From the IMG/VR virus record IMGVR_UViG_3300033076_000803, positions 1 through 40,749 of that record: 40,749 nt of DNA. One strand, given 5' to 3'. Below are positions 10,163-19,818 of this stretch, piece by piece. Both the position numbers and the translations under genes were made by a program. Source of the stretch: a virus (Duplodnaviria; Caudoviricetes). The stretch's first letter is position 1; every line of letters starts with the position of its first letter. Below the pieces are notes generated by a model. The model was not told the DNA's origin. It did no database searches and saw only the letters and a program-made list of their open reading frames with translations.

Positions 10163-11548
10163 TTGTTCGCTCCCAATATCCAGAATGTGGCGGTCACGAC
10201 AGACGCCACGCCGGACGCGCAACGCCAGCGGCTTCTTGCGGCGGCTCTCGCCCGCAAGAAGATGGCCGAAGCCGATACGACAACCGGGCGCGGGCGTCAG
10301 CAGCAGCAGGGCTTTGCGCCTCGCAATGGCGGGCAGATGGCGGCGGGCCTTGGCATGGTCGCTATGGGCGAACTGCTGAACAAAATCGCCACGGATCGCG
10401 AAACCGAGAAGGCTAAAGAAGGCGCGATGGCGCAAGCTGACGCCATGGTGACAGCAGTGCAAAGCCTCGGTGGCCCTTTCGCCAACATTAACGCAAATGC
10501 TCTCAAGGGCGCGTTCTTGACCAATCCAGAATTGGCCAGCCAAGTGGTCAAGATGGGCATGGAAAACATGCTGAAGCCTCAAGAGCGGTTCGAAACCATC
10601 ACCCTGCCCGATGGCCGTCAGGCACAGCGCTCGACCATCAGCGGCAAGATCGACGTTATGCCGGAAGGGCGTGGCCCGATGGCTGTTGCACCGGGAACTT
10701 CGCTTATTGACCCGAACACAAAACAGCCTGTTTACACGGCCCCGGCAAAGCCGGAAGCGCCAACGACGCGCACCATTAAGCAGGCGGACGGCAGCGAAGT
10801 GGCAGTTCAATGGGACCCGCAAAAGCAGGTGTGGGGGCCGCTCTCTGCGCCTGAAGGCGGAAACGCTGTTGGCGTCAAACCGACAAATCCCTACGCATTG
10901 CCCGGCAGACCGACCGAAGAACAGGGCAAGGCGGCGGGTTTTGCCACAAGGATGGTGCAGGGCCACAATATTATCAACGAACTTGAAGCCGCTGCAATTG
11001 ATGGGTGGGAAGCTGTCAAGGCGCGCGTTCCAGGTGGGGCAAACTTTATCATCAGCGAACAAAAGCAGCGGCTTGAGCAGGGCAAGAGGAACTATATTAA
11101 CGCCATCCTTCGTCGGGAGAGTGGCGCTGTTATTTCGCCTGAAGAATTTGCGAACGCAGACAAACAGTATTTCCCACAGCCCGGTGATAGCCCTGCCGTT
11201 ATTGCCCAAAAGCGCGCCAACCGTGAAATTGCTATTGAAGGCGTTATGGGTTCCGCAGGGCCTGGCTTTAAAGTTCCAGAAGAGTATAAACCAACACGGC
11301 AGCAAGAGCAGGAAGCGCAACGGCAGCGGCAGCAACAGCAACAGCCCGGCAACCTTCAGCCTGCCGCACCCGTCCAAGGGCCTCCGATGCCGCAGGAAGG
11401 GCCCATGCAGCCGCCCATGCCGCAAGCCGCTCCGCAGCCCGCTCCCGCCCCGCAAGGCTTGCCGCCGCTTGACCTGATCGAACAGGAAATCCTGCGCCGC
11501 CAGCAGCAGCAGATGCAGCAACAGCCCTCTATGCCAATGGTGCCTTAA
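10163..11548 (+). CDS. DNA ejection (internal virion) protein
   Basis: 461 aa; INAILRRESGAVISPEEF...YFPQPGDS motif; synteny; TTG start uncertain. Confidence 0.7.
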   Translation: MFAPNIQNVAVTTDATPDAQRQRLLAAALARKKMAEADTTTGRGRQQQQGFAPRNGGQMAAGLGMVAMGELLNKIATDRETEKAKEGAMAQADAMVTAVQSLGGPFANINANALKGAFLTNPELASQVVKMGMENMLKPQERFETITLPDGRQAQRSTISGKIDVMPEGRGPMAVAPGTSLIDPNTKQPVYTAPAKPEAPTTRTIKQADGSEVAVQWDPQKQVWGPLSAPEGGNAVGVKPTNPYALPGRPTEEQGKAAGFATRMVQGHNIINELEAAAIDGWEAVKARVPGGANFIISEQKQRLEQGKRNYINAILRRESGAVISPEEFANADKQYFPQPGDSPAVIAQKRANREIAIEGVMGSAGPGFKVPEEYKPTRQQEQEAQRQRQQQQQPGNLQPAAPVQGPPMPQEGPMQPPMPQAAPQPAPAPQGLPPLDLIEQEILRRQQQQMQQQPSMPMVP

Positions 11549-13692
11549 TGGACCTTTCCAACGTTCCCATTGAAGAACTGATGCGCTTGCGGGAAGCGGC
11601 ACGCGCGCAATCCGCTCCACAGCCATCGTTTGACCTTGGCAAAATGTCGCTTGATGACCTTGTGGCGTTGCGTGACCGGGTGCGCGGCCAGCAAGCGCCC
11701 GCTGATGATTACCAGATGCCCGCGCCGCCCCCCGGTGCTGTGATCCATGGCGGCGACGGGAAAACCTATGTCGCTGGGCAGCCGGGGCTTACGATTGATC
11801 GTAAGGGCGTCCAAGGCACGCCTGACGAAGAAATCATGCTGGAAGCTCAAAAGCGCCGCATGCAGGGCGGGCTTGATGGCACGCGGCGGCTCATGCCGGT
11901 TGCTCAGGGTGTCGGCATTAGTGCAACCGATGAACTTGCATCGGGCATTGCTGCCGTGCCGAATGCTATGCGCAGCGGAAACACGGTTGGCCAAGAATAC
12001 GCCATTGGGCAGGAAATGCAGCGACAGGCGCTTGAACGCCAGCGGCAAGAGCGGCCAGTCGAAAGCTTCATTGGTGAATTGGCGGGCGGTGTTGTGACAG
12101 GCATTGGCGCTGCGGGGGCGGGGGCTACAACGGCGCGCATGCTTGGACCAAATGCAGGCCTTGGCGCTCGTATGCTTTCCGGTGCCGCCGATGGCCTCGT
12201 TTACGGCGGCGTGAGCGGGTTCAATTCCGGTTCTGGTGTTGACGACCGCGCCAAGCGCGCGGCGCAAGGCATGGCGGCGGGTGGCGTTGCTGGTGGCGTT
12301 GTCCCCGCTGCTGGTGCTTTTGTGGATCGCGTCACGCGCCCGGCGCAGAACGCGCGTGTTGCCAGAACCAACCCGGAAGCCTTTGCGCAACGTCAGATCA
12401 TCGCCACAATGCGCGATGCGGGCAAAACGCCACAAGAAATTGAGCAGGCGCTACGGCTCGCGGCGGCTGAGGGGCAGGGGGTTTATACCGCCGCTGACGC
12501 TCTTGGTGATGCGGGCGCTCGGCAGCTTGGCGTAGCGTATCGCGGACCGGGTGAAGCAGGACCGCGCATTAGCGAGGCGTTGCAGTCACGCCAAGAAGGG
12601 CAGGCGCGGCGGCTGATCAATCAACTGGAAGACGGCTTCCAAGCTCCGCAAACGCGGGCGCAACTTGAGGCGGCGCAGACAGCGGCGCGGCGGGCTGAAG
12701 CAAATGCGCTTTATGGCCAAGCGCGACAGCAGGCAGGCGCTGTTGACGCTTCTGGGGCTATTGGAGAGGCAGACAAAATCCTCACGCCGGGCGCTTCTCG
12801 GCTGCTTAATCCCGGCAGCGGTATTCAGCCGGGGGAACGTGTAAGCGCTGTTGCGCGGGCGCGGTCATACCTGACGGATGGAAAATCTATTCTTTCGGAT
12901 TTTGATGGCGCGCTTGCTGCAAAGCAGGAAATTGACGCCATGATTGACGGCGCGTCGCCGAAGGTTATGGAGGCGCTAATTCCAATTCGGAACGCACTTG
13001 ATGATGCCCTGGCGAATGCCTCCGGGCCATATGCTACGGCGCGTGATGCATACCGCACCGCGTCCAAGGGCATCGAGGCCATCGAAACCGGCAGCAAGGC
13101 GGCGGCACGGGGTCGAACAGACGATACGATTGCATCGTTTCGCGGCATGCAGGGCAACGAGCAGTCTGGGTTTCGAACCGGTTATGCCGACAAGCTGATT
13201 GCCGATATTGAGGGCTTGCCCGCCACGTCTGACAAGTCTCGCATGTTCACCAGCGAAGCGCTAAAGCGGGAAATCCCCGAATTTGCGGTGCCGTCAAGGG
13301 CTGAAATGCTGGGGCGGCAGCTTCAGCGCGAACAGCAAATGGCCGAAACCGCCCGGAAGGCGGTCGGGGGCTCTCCGACGCAGATGCGCGCCCAAGATGA
13401 CGCAGGAATGGCAATCGGACCCGAAGCCGTCACAAGCATGGCGCGCGGTAACTTTTTGCAACCGCTCTTGCAGGCGGTCAGCGCTCGCGGTCTTGGCGGC
13501 AATACGCCAGAAGCGCGGGCGAAAATGGCTGAAATCCTGTTGTCAACAGGTGGGCAGGCCGGGCCGACTATGCAGGCTTTGGCGCAGCGTCAAATGACGG
13601 ATGCTGAGCGGGCGCGCATGCTGGCAATCCTGCTTTCTGGTGCCACCAATGCGGTTACGGCCACAAGTATGGCAAATACCGGACAAAAGTGA
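11548..13692 (+). CDS. Large DNA ejection protein (P22 gp16 position)
   Basis: 714 aa A/G-rich with a glycine-zipper hydrophobic segment; last of the ejection genes. Confidence 0.7.
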   Translation: MDLSNVPIEELMRLREAARAQSAPQPSFDLGKMSLDDLVALRDRVRGQQAPADDYQMPAPPPGAVIHGGDGKTYVAGQPGLTIDRKGVQGTPDEEIMLEAQKRRMQGGLDGTRRLMPVAQGVGISATDELASGIAAVPNAMRSGNTVGQEYAIGQEMQRQALERQRQERPVESFIGELAGGVVTGIGAAGAGATTARMLGPNAGLGARMLSGAADGLVYGGVSGFNSGSGVDDRAKRAAQGMAAGGVAGGVVPAAGAFVDRVTRPAQNARVARTNPEAFAQRQIIATMRDAGKTPQEIEQALRLAAAEGQGVYTAADALGDAGARQLGVAYRGPGEAGPRISEALQSRQEGQARRLINQLEDGFQAPQTRAQLEAAQTAARRAEANALYGQARQQAGAVDASGAIGEADKILTPGASRLLNPGSGIQPGERVSAVARARSYLTDGKSILSDFDGALAAKQEIDAMIDGASPKVMEALIPIRNALDDALANASGPYATARDAYRTASKGIEAIETGSKAAARGRTDDTIASFRGMQGNEQSGFRTGYADKLIADIEGLPATSDKSRMFTSEALKREIPEFAVPSRAEMLGRQLQREQQMAETARKAVGGSPTQMRAQDDAGMAIGPEAVTSMARGNFLQPLLQAVSARGLGGNTPEARAKMAEILLSTGGQAGPTMQALAQRQMTDAERARMLAILLSGATNAVTATSMANTGQK

Positions 13693-13852
13693 CGATTGCG
13701 ACAGTAACGAAAATGCCAATCACGACCTCTTTCGTGACGGGCGGCGGACCGTAGTCGGTCAAGCCAAACCATAGCTTGCGCGGGTATTTGCTACCCGCCA
13801 CCCGATAATCTCCGGGCTCAAGGTCAATCACCTTGGGCTCTTTTTCGTTCAT
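13655..13852 (-). CDS. Small antisense membrane protein, candidate superinfection exclusion factor
   Basis: 65 aa [16 protein letters not shown]... with one TM helix ([18 protein letters not shown]); fills the gap between the ejection gene and tail fibre. Confidence 0.6.
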   Translation of the reverse strand: MNEKEPKVIDLEPGDYRVAGSKYPRKLWFGLTDYGPPPVTKEVVIGIFVTVAIVTFVRYLPYLWP

Positions 13853-13861
13853 GGGGGCCAC

Positions 13862-15340
13862 ATGCCTTTCTCTTCTGGCACATTCACCAGGCTATATAAA
13901 TGGGTCACTGACCGAAACAACGGCGTCAAGATTCAGGCACTTCGGATGGACGCCGAATTTGATGGCATCGCGACCGCTTTGTCTACTGCCATTTTGAAAG
14001 ATGGCACGCAGACGATCACGCAAAACATTCCTTTCAATGACAAGCGGATCACCGGGCTGGGCGATGCGGCAGCGTTGACGGATGCGCTTTCCAAGAAAGG
14101 GTTTGAGAAAGTCATCACGACGACCGGCACGTCAACGGCCTATATCGCGGCGAGCGCTTATGCCCTCACCAATGCGAACGTGCAGAACGGGACCCTAGTT
14201 TTCATCCGCCCGCATACGACGAGCGGCGCAACGCCGACTGTTGCCGTTGATACGATGACGGCGCGGACGATTGTCCGGGCCGATGGAAATTCTCTCGAAG
14301 CGAATGAACTTGTATCGGGGGGCATCTATGCGCTGTCTTACGACAGTGCGAACACCCGCTGGCAGGTTCTCAATATCCCGAACAAATCGGGGGCCTCGTT
14401 CCAGGAATTCACATCATCTGGGACATGGACAAAGCCAGGCGCGGCCAATTTTGTCATGGTCGAAATTCTTGGCGGCGGCGGCGGCGGTGGCTCTGGGCGG
14501 CGCGGCGCATCTTCCACCACGCGCGGCGGCGGCTCTGGTGGTGGCGGCGGGCAGTTTGACACTCGTGTCTTTCTTGCTTCCGAACTGACCTCAACCGTCG
14601 CTGTTACCATTGGCGCAGGTGGGTCAGGCGGAACAGCAATTACCGCAGATAATACCAGCGGCAACAACGGTTCGGCGGGCGGAACAACGTCTTTCGGTTC
14701 ATACCTGCAAGCGCAGGGCGGCGGCGGCGGAGTTGGTGGCGGAACTTCTGATTATGCAGGCCAGTCCATAGCAGGCGGCACGGGTGGTTCGGTTGGACAG
14801 CGCATTTCAAGCTTGTCAAATGGCGTTCCACTTTCGGGGGGCAATGGCGGCGGCTCGACGGTTGGCGCGCAAAACGGCATTGCGGGTGGCTATGGCGGCG
14901 GCGGTGGTGCCGCGACCATGGGGGATACGACAACCAGCACATCGAGCGGCGGTGGCGGGTGCTCTGTCTATGGCGGCGCGGGTGGTGGCGCTGGTGGCGC
15001 GCTGGCGTCTAACAACTTCCCACGTCATCCAACGCGCGGCGGCACAATTTTGCTTGACGCCACGCAAAGCGCCGATGGCGGGGGCGGCGCTGTAGGAACC
15101 AACCCAAACATTGGTGTTTCAGGCACCGGCACAGATAGCGGCACAGCAGGCGGGGCTGGCACGGCTCGTCAGGGCGGTGGTGGCGGCGCGCCCGGCTCTG
15201 GTGGCGGCGGCACCGGTGGCGCTGGGGGTGCTGGCGGAACGGCGGGTGGCGGCGGCGGCGGCGGCGCATCGCTTAATGGCAACAATTCGGGCGCGGGTGG
15301 CGCTGGCGGCAATGGCCGCGTGCGCGTTTATACTTGGTGA
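13862..15340 (+). CDS. Tail fibre with glycine-rich C-terminal domain
   Basis: N-terminal anchor ([14 protein letters not shown]...KDGTQT); [12 protein letters not shown]...[11 protein letters not shown] glycine-rich domain ending GRVRVYTW. Confidence 0.85.
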   Translation: MPFSSGTFTRLYKWVTDRNNGVKIQALRMDAEFDGIATALSTAILKDGTQTITQNIPFNDKRITGLGDAAALTDALSKKGFEKVITTTGTSTAYIAASAYALTNANVQNGTLVFIRPHTTSGATPTVAVDTMTARTIVRADGNSLEANELVSGGIYALSYDSANTRWQVLNIPNKSGASFQEFTSSGTWTKPGAANFVMVEILGGGGGGGSGRRGASSTTRGGGSGGGGGQFDTRVFLASELTSTVAVTIGAGGSGGTAITADNTSGNNGSAGGTTSFGSYLQAQGGGGGVGGGTSDYAGQSIAGGTGGSVGQRISSLSNGVPLSGGNGGGSTVGAQNGIAGGYGGGGGAATMGDTTTSTSSGGGGCSVYGGAGGGAGGALASNNFPRHPTRGGTILLDATQSADGGGGAVGTNPNIGVSGTGTDSGTAGGAGTARQGGGGGAPGSGGGGTGGAGGAGGTAGGGGGGGASLNGNNSGAGGAGGNGRVRVYTW

Positions 15341-15349
15341 GGGCTGATC

Positions 15350-15730
15350 ATGCGCTATGCAATCGTGGAAAATGGCGTTGTCACAAATGCTGTGGTTGCC
15401 GACGAGCCTTTAGGCGCAAACTGGATTGAGGCGGAATACGCTGGCCCTGGGTGGGTCTATAGTGGCGGTTCGTTTTCACCGCCCCCCGTTCCTCCGGTGC
15501 CGGTTCCCGAACGGGTAACAGCCCGCCAAGCGCGCTTGGCTTTGAATGCGGCGGGCCTTCTTGATGACGTTGACGCGGCGATTGCGGCCAGCTCTCGCGA
15601 AGTCCAACTTACTTGGGAATATGCAACCGAGATCGAGCGGAGCCACCCAATCCTAGCGCAGGTCGCGACTGGCCTTGGCATGACATCAAACCAGATGGAT
15701 GACCTGTTCCGGCAGGCGGCAACGCTCTGA
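15350..15730 (+). CDS. Tail fibre assembly/chaperone-like protein
   Basis: MRYAIVENGVVTN...GWVYSGGSFSPP; VTARQARLAL...WEYATEIER...DDLFRQA; follows the fibre gene. Confidence 0.7.
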   Translation: MRYAIVENGVVTNAVVADEPLGANWIEAEYAGPGWVYSGGSFSPPPVPPVPVPERVTARQARLALNAAGLLDDVDAAIAASSREVQLTWEYATEIERSHPILAQVATGLGMTSNQMDDLFRQAATL

Positions 15731-15975
15731 TGCGCTGGTATCTGGCACAGATAGGCCGCGCATCATCGCGCATGTTGAATGCTGTTCTCGGTGGCGAAGG
15801 CGACACCACCTTTAGCGCCTATAGCTATCATCTAGCCATGAACGGCAGGCGTCCAATCTCGCGCGCCTATGGCCGTGCTCGCGTGGCAATCGTGGATGGC
15901 TTGCTCGGCCTCGGCCACTGCTTTGAGGCGTGGTCTTGGCACCACGAACGCGGGCTTTTTGAAATCGAAAAATGA
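15730..15975 (+). CDS. Hypothetical protein
   Basis: 81 aa, TGATG coupling; NAVLGG...TFSA...HC pattern. Confidence 0.6.
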   Translation: MRWYLAQIGRASSRMLNAVLGGEGDTTFSAYSYHLAMNGRRPISRAYGRARVAIVDGLLGLGHCFEAWSWHHERGLFEIEK

Positions 15976-15982
15976 GGCGCGC

Positions 15983-16297
15983 ATGACGCGGATGCTTGTG
16001 TTTTTGCTATGCCTTTTGGGCGTGGCGCTTATCGGCATGGTCAAGGCCAGCGCGCATAGCTTCTACCCGTGGGAGTGTTGCTCCGATGTGGATTGCTACC
16101 CGATCCCGGTTGAGGATGTGAGGGCCACGCCTTCCGGGTGGTGGATCGCAAAAGAGCGCGTCACCATCCCTTACGAGAGCGCCCGTCCTTCACCGGATGG
16201 GCGTTTTCATATCTGCCGCAATGAACTCGGCAAGGGAACGCTGATTACCCCGTCCGGCAAGCCGCCCTGTTTTTGGGCTCCTGAAGGTGCATCATGA
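15983..16297 (+). CDS. Secreted Cys-rich protein
   Basis: GAGG RBS; signal peptide ending ASA-H; ECCSDVDC, SPDGRFHIC and CFWAP motifs. Confidence 0.7.
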   Translation: MTRMLVFLLCLLGVALIGMVKASAHSFYPWECCSDVDCYPIPVEDVRATPSGWWIAKERVTIPYESARPSPDGRFHICRNELGKGTLITPSGKPPCFWAPEGAS

Positions 16298-17016
16298 AAA
16301 ACACGTTTGAGACGTATTTCCCCGAACTCGTGAAGCACGAGGGCGGCTATGTTGACCATCCGCAAGACCCTGGTGGGGCAACAAAATACGGCATTACGCT
16401 CGCCACGCTTCAGGCCTTTCGCGGGCCTCCTGTCACTAAGCTTGATGTGCGCAACCTGACGCTTTCCGAAGCGCAGGTGATCTATCGCCAGCGCTACTGG
16501 AATGTGATCAACGCGGATGCCTTGCCCGCTGGGGTGGATGCGGTGGCGTTCGATATTGCCGTAAATCACGGCATTGGCCGCTGGCGTCAATGGGCTCCAA
16601 TTATCGACGGATTGGCACCTGATGATGCCATTCGCGCCCTTTGTGAACGCAGACGGCGTTTTTACCGATCTTTGAAGACGTTTTCGACCTTCGGCAAGGG
16701 CTGGATGCGCCGCGCAAACGAGGTTGAAGCCTGGGCTCTTCGTTGGGCTGAGAAGAACGGGGCTGTTGATGGCGCATCGAAAGCGAAGCCAAAAACCATC
16801 GTCACGAGCAAAACCGCCAATGCCTCGGTTATTGCAGCCACGGCAGGCGCTATTGCTCCGGTCACTGAGGCCGTCAATCAAGCGAAGGCTGCGGCGGATG
16901 GTGTATCGGCAATCATGGCTGCCGGGCCTTGGGTTCTGCTGGCGCTCGTCGTGATCGGTGCGGCTGCATTCATCTATTACGAACGTAAGAAGAAACTGGA
17001 TCAGCACGGTATCTGA
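16294..17016 (+). CDS. Endolysin, glycoside hydrolase family 108, with C-terminal membrane segment
   Basis: HEGGYVDHPQDPGGATKYGIT signature; FGKGWMRR; hydrophobic C-terminal helix followed by ERKKK. Confidence 0.9.
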   Translation: MKNTFETYFPELVKHEGGYVDHPQDPGGATKYGITLATLQAFRGPPVTKLDVRNLTLSEAQVIYRQRYWNVINADALPAGVDAVAFDIAVNHGIGRWRQWAPIIDGLAPDDAIRALCERRRRFYRSLKTFSTFGKGWMRRANEVEAWALRWAEKNGAVDGASKAKPKTIVTSKTANASVIAATAGAIAPVTEAVNQAKAAADGVSAIMAAGPWVLLALVVIGAAAFIYYERKKKLDQHGI

Positions 17017-17017
17017 C

Positions 17018-17272
17018 ATGCTGAGCGCTCTCCCTTTTCTCATCCGCTTTTGGAGGCCGCTGGCAATCGCTGGCGTGCTTGCGGCTGGCTACGGCTGGCA
17101 CTGGAACGAAGTCCGTAAGGCCCGGAATGAGGGCTTTGCGATGTGTGAGGCGCAAGCGCGCGCCGATGTTGATCGGAGGATCAAAAATGCCCTGGAAGCT
17201 GAGCGCGGTGTTATTTTCGGCAATGATGCTGACCGCATGCGCGACGACGGCTTCAAGCGAAAAGACCAATAG
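17018..17272 (+). CDS. i-spanin (Rz-like)
   Basis: N-terminal TM then helical domain; directly after endolysin; overlaps a lipoprotein ORF. Confidence 0.75.
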   Translation: MLSALPFLIRFWRPLAIAGVLAAGYGWHWNEVRKARNEGFAMCEAQARADVDRRIKNALEAERGVIFGNDADRMRDDGFKRKDQ

Positions 17273-17381
17273 CGCCGTCTGCACTGTCTGGCGACCAATC
17301 TCATGGAGCGCGAAGGACACAGAGCGCACCGTGATTGAAGTCAAAGCGAACAACGCGCGGCGCGGGGGCTACTGCAAATGA
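17187..17381 (+). CDS. o-spanin lipoprotein (Rz1-like)
   Basis: GGAGGA RBS at 17175; signal peptide with lipobox LTAC; overlaps Rz in the +1 frame. Confidence 0.8.
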   Translation: MPWKLSAVLFSAMMLTACATTASSEKTNSAVCTVWRPISWSAKDTERTVIEVKANNARRGGYCK

Positions 17382-17668
17382 CCGAAAACGTGATCAGCTT
17401 CAACACTCGCAAGCCCGCCGCCGCCGAAGAACTGCATGACCCCGATGGCGTAGCGCCTGAATTGCAAGAGACATTCCGTGAAGCGATCAAATCGTTCTCG
17501 GCTGTCATTGATAAGGGTGAGACAACCTCGCTGGCCATCGCGGCGCTGAATATCCACGGCGGGGCAACGATGTTCATTCTTGGCGAAACCGGCCCTGAAA
17601 TGATCGGCCTATCAGCCATGCTTCACCACCACACAATGCGCCTGATGGACGCTGCCGCCGATGAATGA
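17378..17668 (+). CDS. Hypothetical protein
   Basis: 96 aa, ATGA coupled. Confidence 0.6.
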   Translation: MTENVISFNTRKPAAAEELHDPDGVAPELQETFREAIKSFSAVIDKGETTSLAIAALNIHGGATMFILGETGPEMIGLSAMLHHHTMRLMDAAADE

Positions 17669-17876
17669 GCCAATCGAAGTGACCGCCATCAACCTTGATG
17701 AGCGCGCGGCCACATTCAACGACCAATCGACCGGCCACATCTTAGACATGTTCGATATCGACGGCGAAGACACGACAGACCCCGAAAGCGCTGTTGCCGT
17801 TATCGTCGTCCATCCCAAAGCAGGGCGTCTCTTTGTTGAACTTCCTGACGAATTCATTCCGGGGCTGGTTCAATGA
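17661..17876 (+). CDS. Acidic hypothetical protein
   Basis: 71 aa, FDIDGEDTTDPESAVA motif; overlaps both neighbours. Confidence 0.6.
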   Translation: MNEPIEVTAINLDERAATFNDQSTGHILDMFDIDGEDTTDPESAVAVIVVHPKAGRLFVELPDEFIPGLVQ

Positions 17877-18103
17877 CCGACGACACGAGAGACATAGCCA
17901 TCGCCACCAGATCAGATGTGCAGCACCTTTCGAAAGAGGTTGCCAAGCTGACTGAGACTGTAAGCGGCTTGAAAGAAGCGATGGTTGAGCGGCGCGGGGC
18001 TGAGAAAGTCGCGCGTTGGATTATCGGCGGCACGGCAGGCGGCGTAGGGGCTCTGATTACGAAATTCGGGACAGCCCTCCTGAACACGCCTTTGCCCAAA
18101 TAA
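17873..18103 (+). CDS. Coiled-coil plus C-terminal TM protein, holin-like candidate
   Basis: 76 aa; heptad N-terminal half, hydrophobic WIIGGTAGGVGALI segment. Confidence 0.55.
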   Translation: MTDDTRDIAIATRSDVQHLSKEVAKLTETVSGLKEAMVERRGAEKVARWIIGGTAGGVGALITKFGTALLNTPLPK

Positions 18104-18112
18104 CGGTGATTG

Positions 18113-19201
18113 ATGCACGAGACCGGGCGACCAAAAACATCTGCTGATGTGGAACGGCTGGTGATCAGCCTCTACAATCAAAACATTCCGAAACGCCGGA
18201 TTTCCATCCAAACAGGCGTTCCACGCACAACCGTCCAAGAAATTATCAAGCGGGGCGGTTCAATCCTGTCAGAGACAGACAAGCCGTTCTCGGTTCCTGA
18301 TCTCCCCTCCGAAGACCTGCCGATTAACGAACTGCTAGACCGGATCACGCATCAGGCGAAGCTTACGCAGGCAGCGGCCAAAGCGCGGGCTATGATCCGG
18401 GTGCCAATCAAGACACGCGGGCCGATTGGCCTGATGGTATGGGGCGATCCTCACTTGGATGACCCCGGCTGCGACTTCCCCTTGCTGCGCTCGCATGTTG
18501 AAATTGCCGCCGCGCCGCATCGCCGTGATTATCTCCTATCCGGCAACATTGGCGACCTACAGAATAACTGGGTTGGCAGGCTTACCCGGCTTTATGCCAA
18601 ACAGGAAGTGAGCGCCAAGAACGCATGGCGGCTTGTTGAATGGCTCATGCGCGATAGCGGCGTAAATTGGCTGTTCCTCATCCGGGGCAACCACGATGCA
18701 TGGTCGGGCTCTGGCGACCCTCTCAACTGGATCATGCGCGGGGCGAATGTCGTTGATCAGGCGCACGGTGCCAGGATTGCACTAGGCCATCCTTGCGGCG
18801 TTGAAACCCGCATCCATGCCCGGCATGATTTCCAAGGCCATAGCCAATACAACAGCCTTCACGGCCTGAAGCGCGAACTCTTGTTCGGTGAGCGCGACCA
18901 TATCATGGTCGCTGGCCATCGCCACATCGGCGGGGACGCATGCGATGTTATCGGCGGAATGTGTGTGCAGATGGTCAGGGTCAGCGGCTACAAGCGCGTT
19001 GACGACTACGCAGACGCAGGCGGTTATCAAAAAAAGCAAATTCACCCATCAGCGCTACTCGTCATTGATCCATCAAAAGCAGATGACAATCGCTCGCGCG
19101 TCTGGTGTGCTCCTTCTGTGGAGGAAGGTGTAGAATATCTGGATTGGCTGCGCTTCCGGTTCACTGGTGTCAAGCCTCGTGTTACTGTGAGGTCATCATG
19201 A
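18113..19201 (+). CDS. N-terminal HTH fused to calcineurin-like metallophosphoesterase
   Basis: HTH (KRRISIQTGVPRTTVQEII); GDPH, GD, GNHD, H and GHRH metal-binding motifs. Confidence 0.85.
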   Translation: MHETGRPKTSADVERLVISLYNQNIPKRRISIQTGVPRTTVQEIIKRGGSILSETDKPFSVPDLPSEDLPINELLDRITHQAKLTQAAAKARAMIRVPIKTRGPIGLMVWGDPHLDDPGCDFPLLRSHVEIAAAPHRRDYLLSGNIGDLQNNWVGRLTRLYAKQEVSAKNAWRLVEWLMRDSGVNWLFLIRGNHDAWSGSGDPLNWIMRGANVVDQAHGARIALGHPCGVETRIHARHDFQGHSQYNSLHGLKRELLFGERDHIMVAGHRHIGGDACDVIGGMCVQMVRVSGYKRVDDYADAGGYQKKQIHPSALLVIDPSKADDNRSRVWCAPSVEEGVEYLDWLRFRFTGVKPRVTVRSS

Positions 19202-19527
19202 GAGCGGTGTTTGTCTCTTCCCCCTATCGTGGCGACACAGACCGTAACCTAGCCTATCTCGCATGCGCTCTTGGCGATTGTCTCGCGCGAGGTGAAAGCC
19301 CGTATGCACCACACGATAGCCTGCCAAAGCTGCTAGACGATAGCGACCCTGAACAGCGGCGTAGGGGCATGGAAGCCGCGCTCTCGTGGCTCAAGAAGGC
19401 TGATTGTCTTGTTGCCTATACGGATTTCGGGTGGACACCAGGAATGCAGACAGAACGGCTTTTCGCTGAGCAGTGGGGCATTCACATTGAGGAACGAACC
19501 CTAGGCATGCCATGGGCCGAAGCATGA
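19198..19527 (+). CDS. DUF4406-like / nucleoside deoxyribosyltransferase-fold protein
   Basis: VFVSSPYRGD...SPYAPH...GWTPGMQTE motif; ATGA coupled. Confidence 0.7.
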   Translation: MRAVFVSSPYRGDTDRNLAYLACALGDCLARGESPYAPHDSLPKLLDDSDPEQRRRGMEAALSWLKKADCLVAYTDFGWTPGMQTERLFAEQWGIHIEERTLGMPWAEA

Positions 19528-19817
19528 GCAGCATTTCGCCAGACCACTACAAGAACGGCTCATGGGAAGCCATTGAGGTTATCGAGGCGGTTGTTGTCCA
19601 GATGATCCGCAGCGGGAGCCCGCCTGATGCTGCCTACAATGTTGGGGCATCGCTGAAATACCTTCTCCGCACGGGCCGCAAGGGTGACGCGCTAGAACAG
19701 GTCCAAAAGGCCGAATGGCATATCCGCCGTGCCGTCAATGTCCTGATCAGCCATAACAAGCCGGTTGAAATTGCTGGCGTGGATTATGCCGAAACGCCTG
19801 ACCTAGACGGTTCATGA
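19524..19817 (+). CDS. DUF3310 (SaV-like / T7 gp1.7-like) protein
   Basis: PDHYKNGSWEAIEVI...KYLLRTGRKG...KAEWHI signature. Confidence 0.8.
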   Translation: MSSISPDHYKNGSWEAIEVIEAVVVQMIRSGSPPDAAYNVGASLKYLLRTGRKGDALEQVQKAEWHIRRAVNVLISHNKPVEIAGVDYAETPDLDGS

Positions 19818-19818
19818 A

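Noticed and set aside
11300-11545. CAG/CCG low-complexity tract
   Set aside because: Encodes the Q/P-rich disordered tail of an ejection protein; no separate element
10097-11626. 509-aa - strand ORF
   Set aside because: Antisense shadow of the ejection gene; L/R-rich composition mirrors CAG codons; no motif or RBS
14460-15320. GGC-rich repeats as a possible tandem array or DGR target
   Set aside because: Explained by poly-glycine coding in the tail fibre; no reverse transcriptase or TR/VR pair seen
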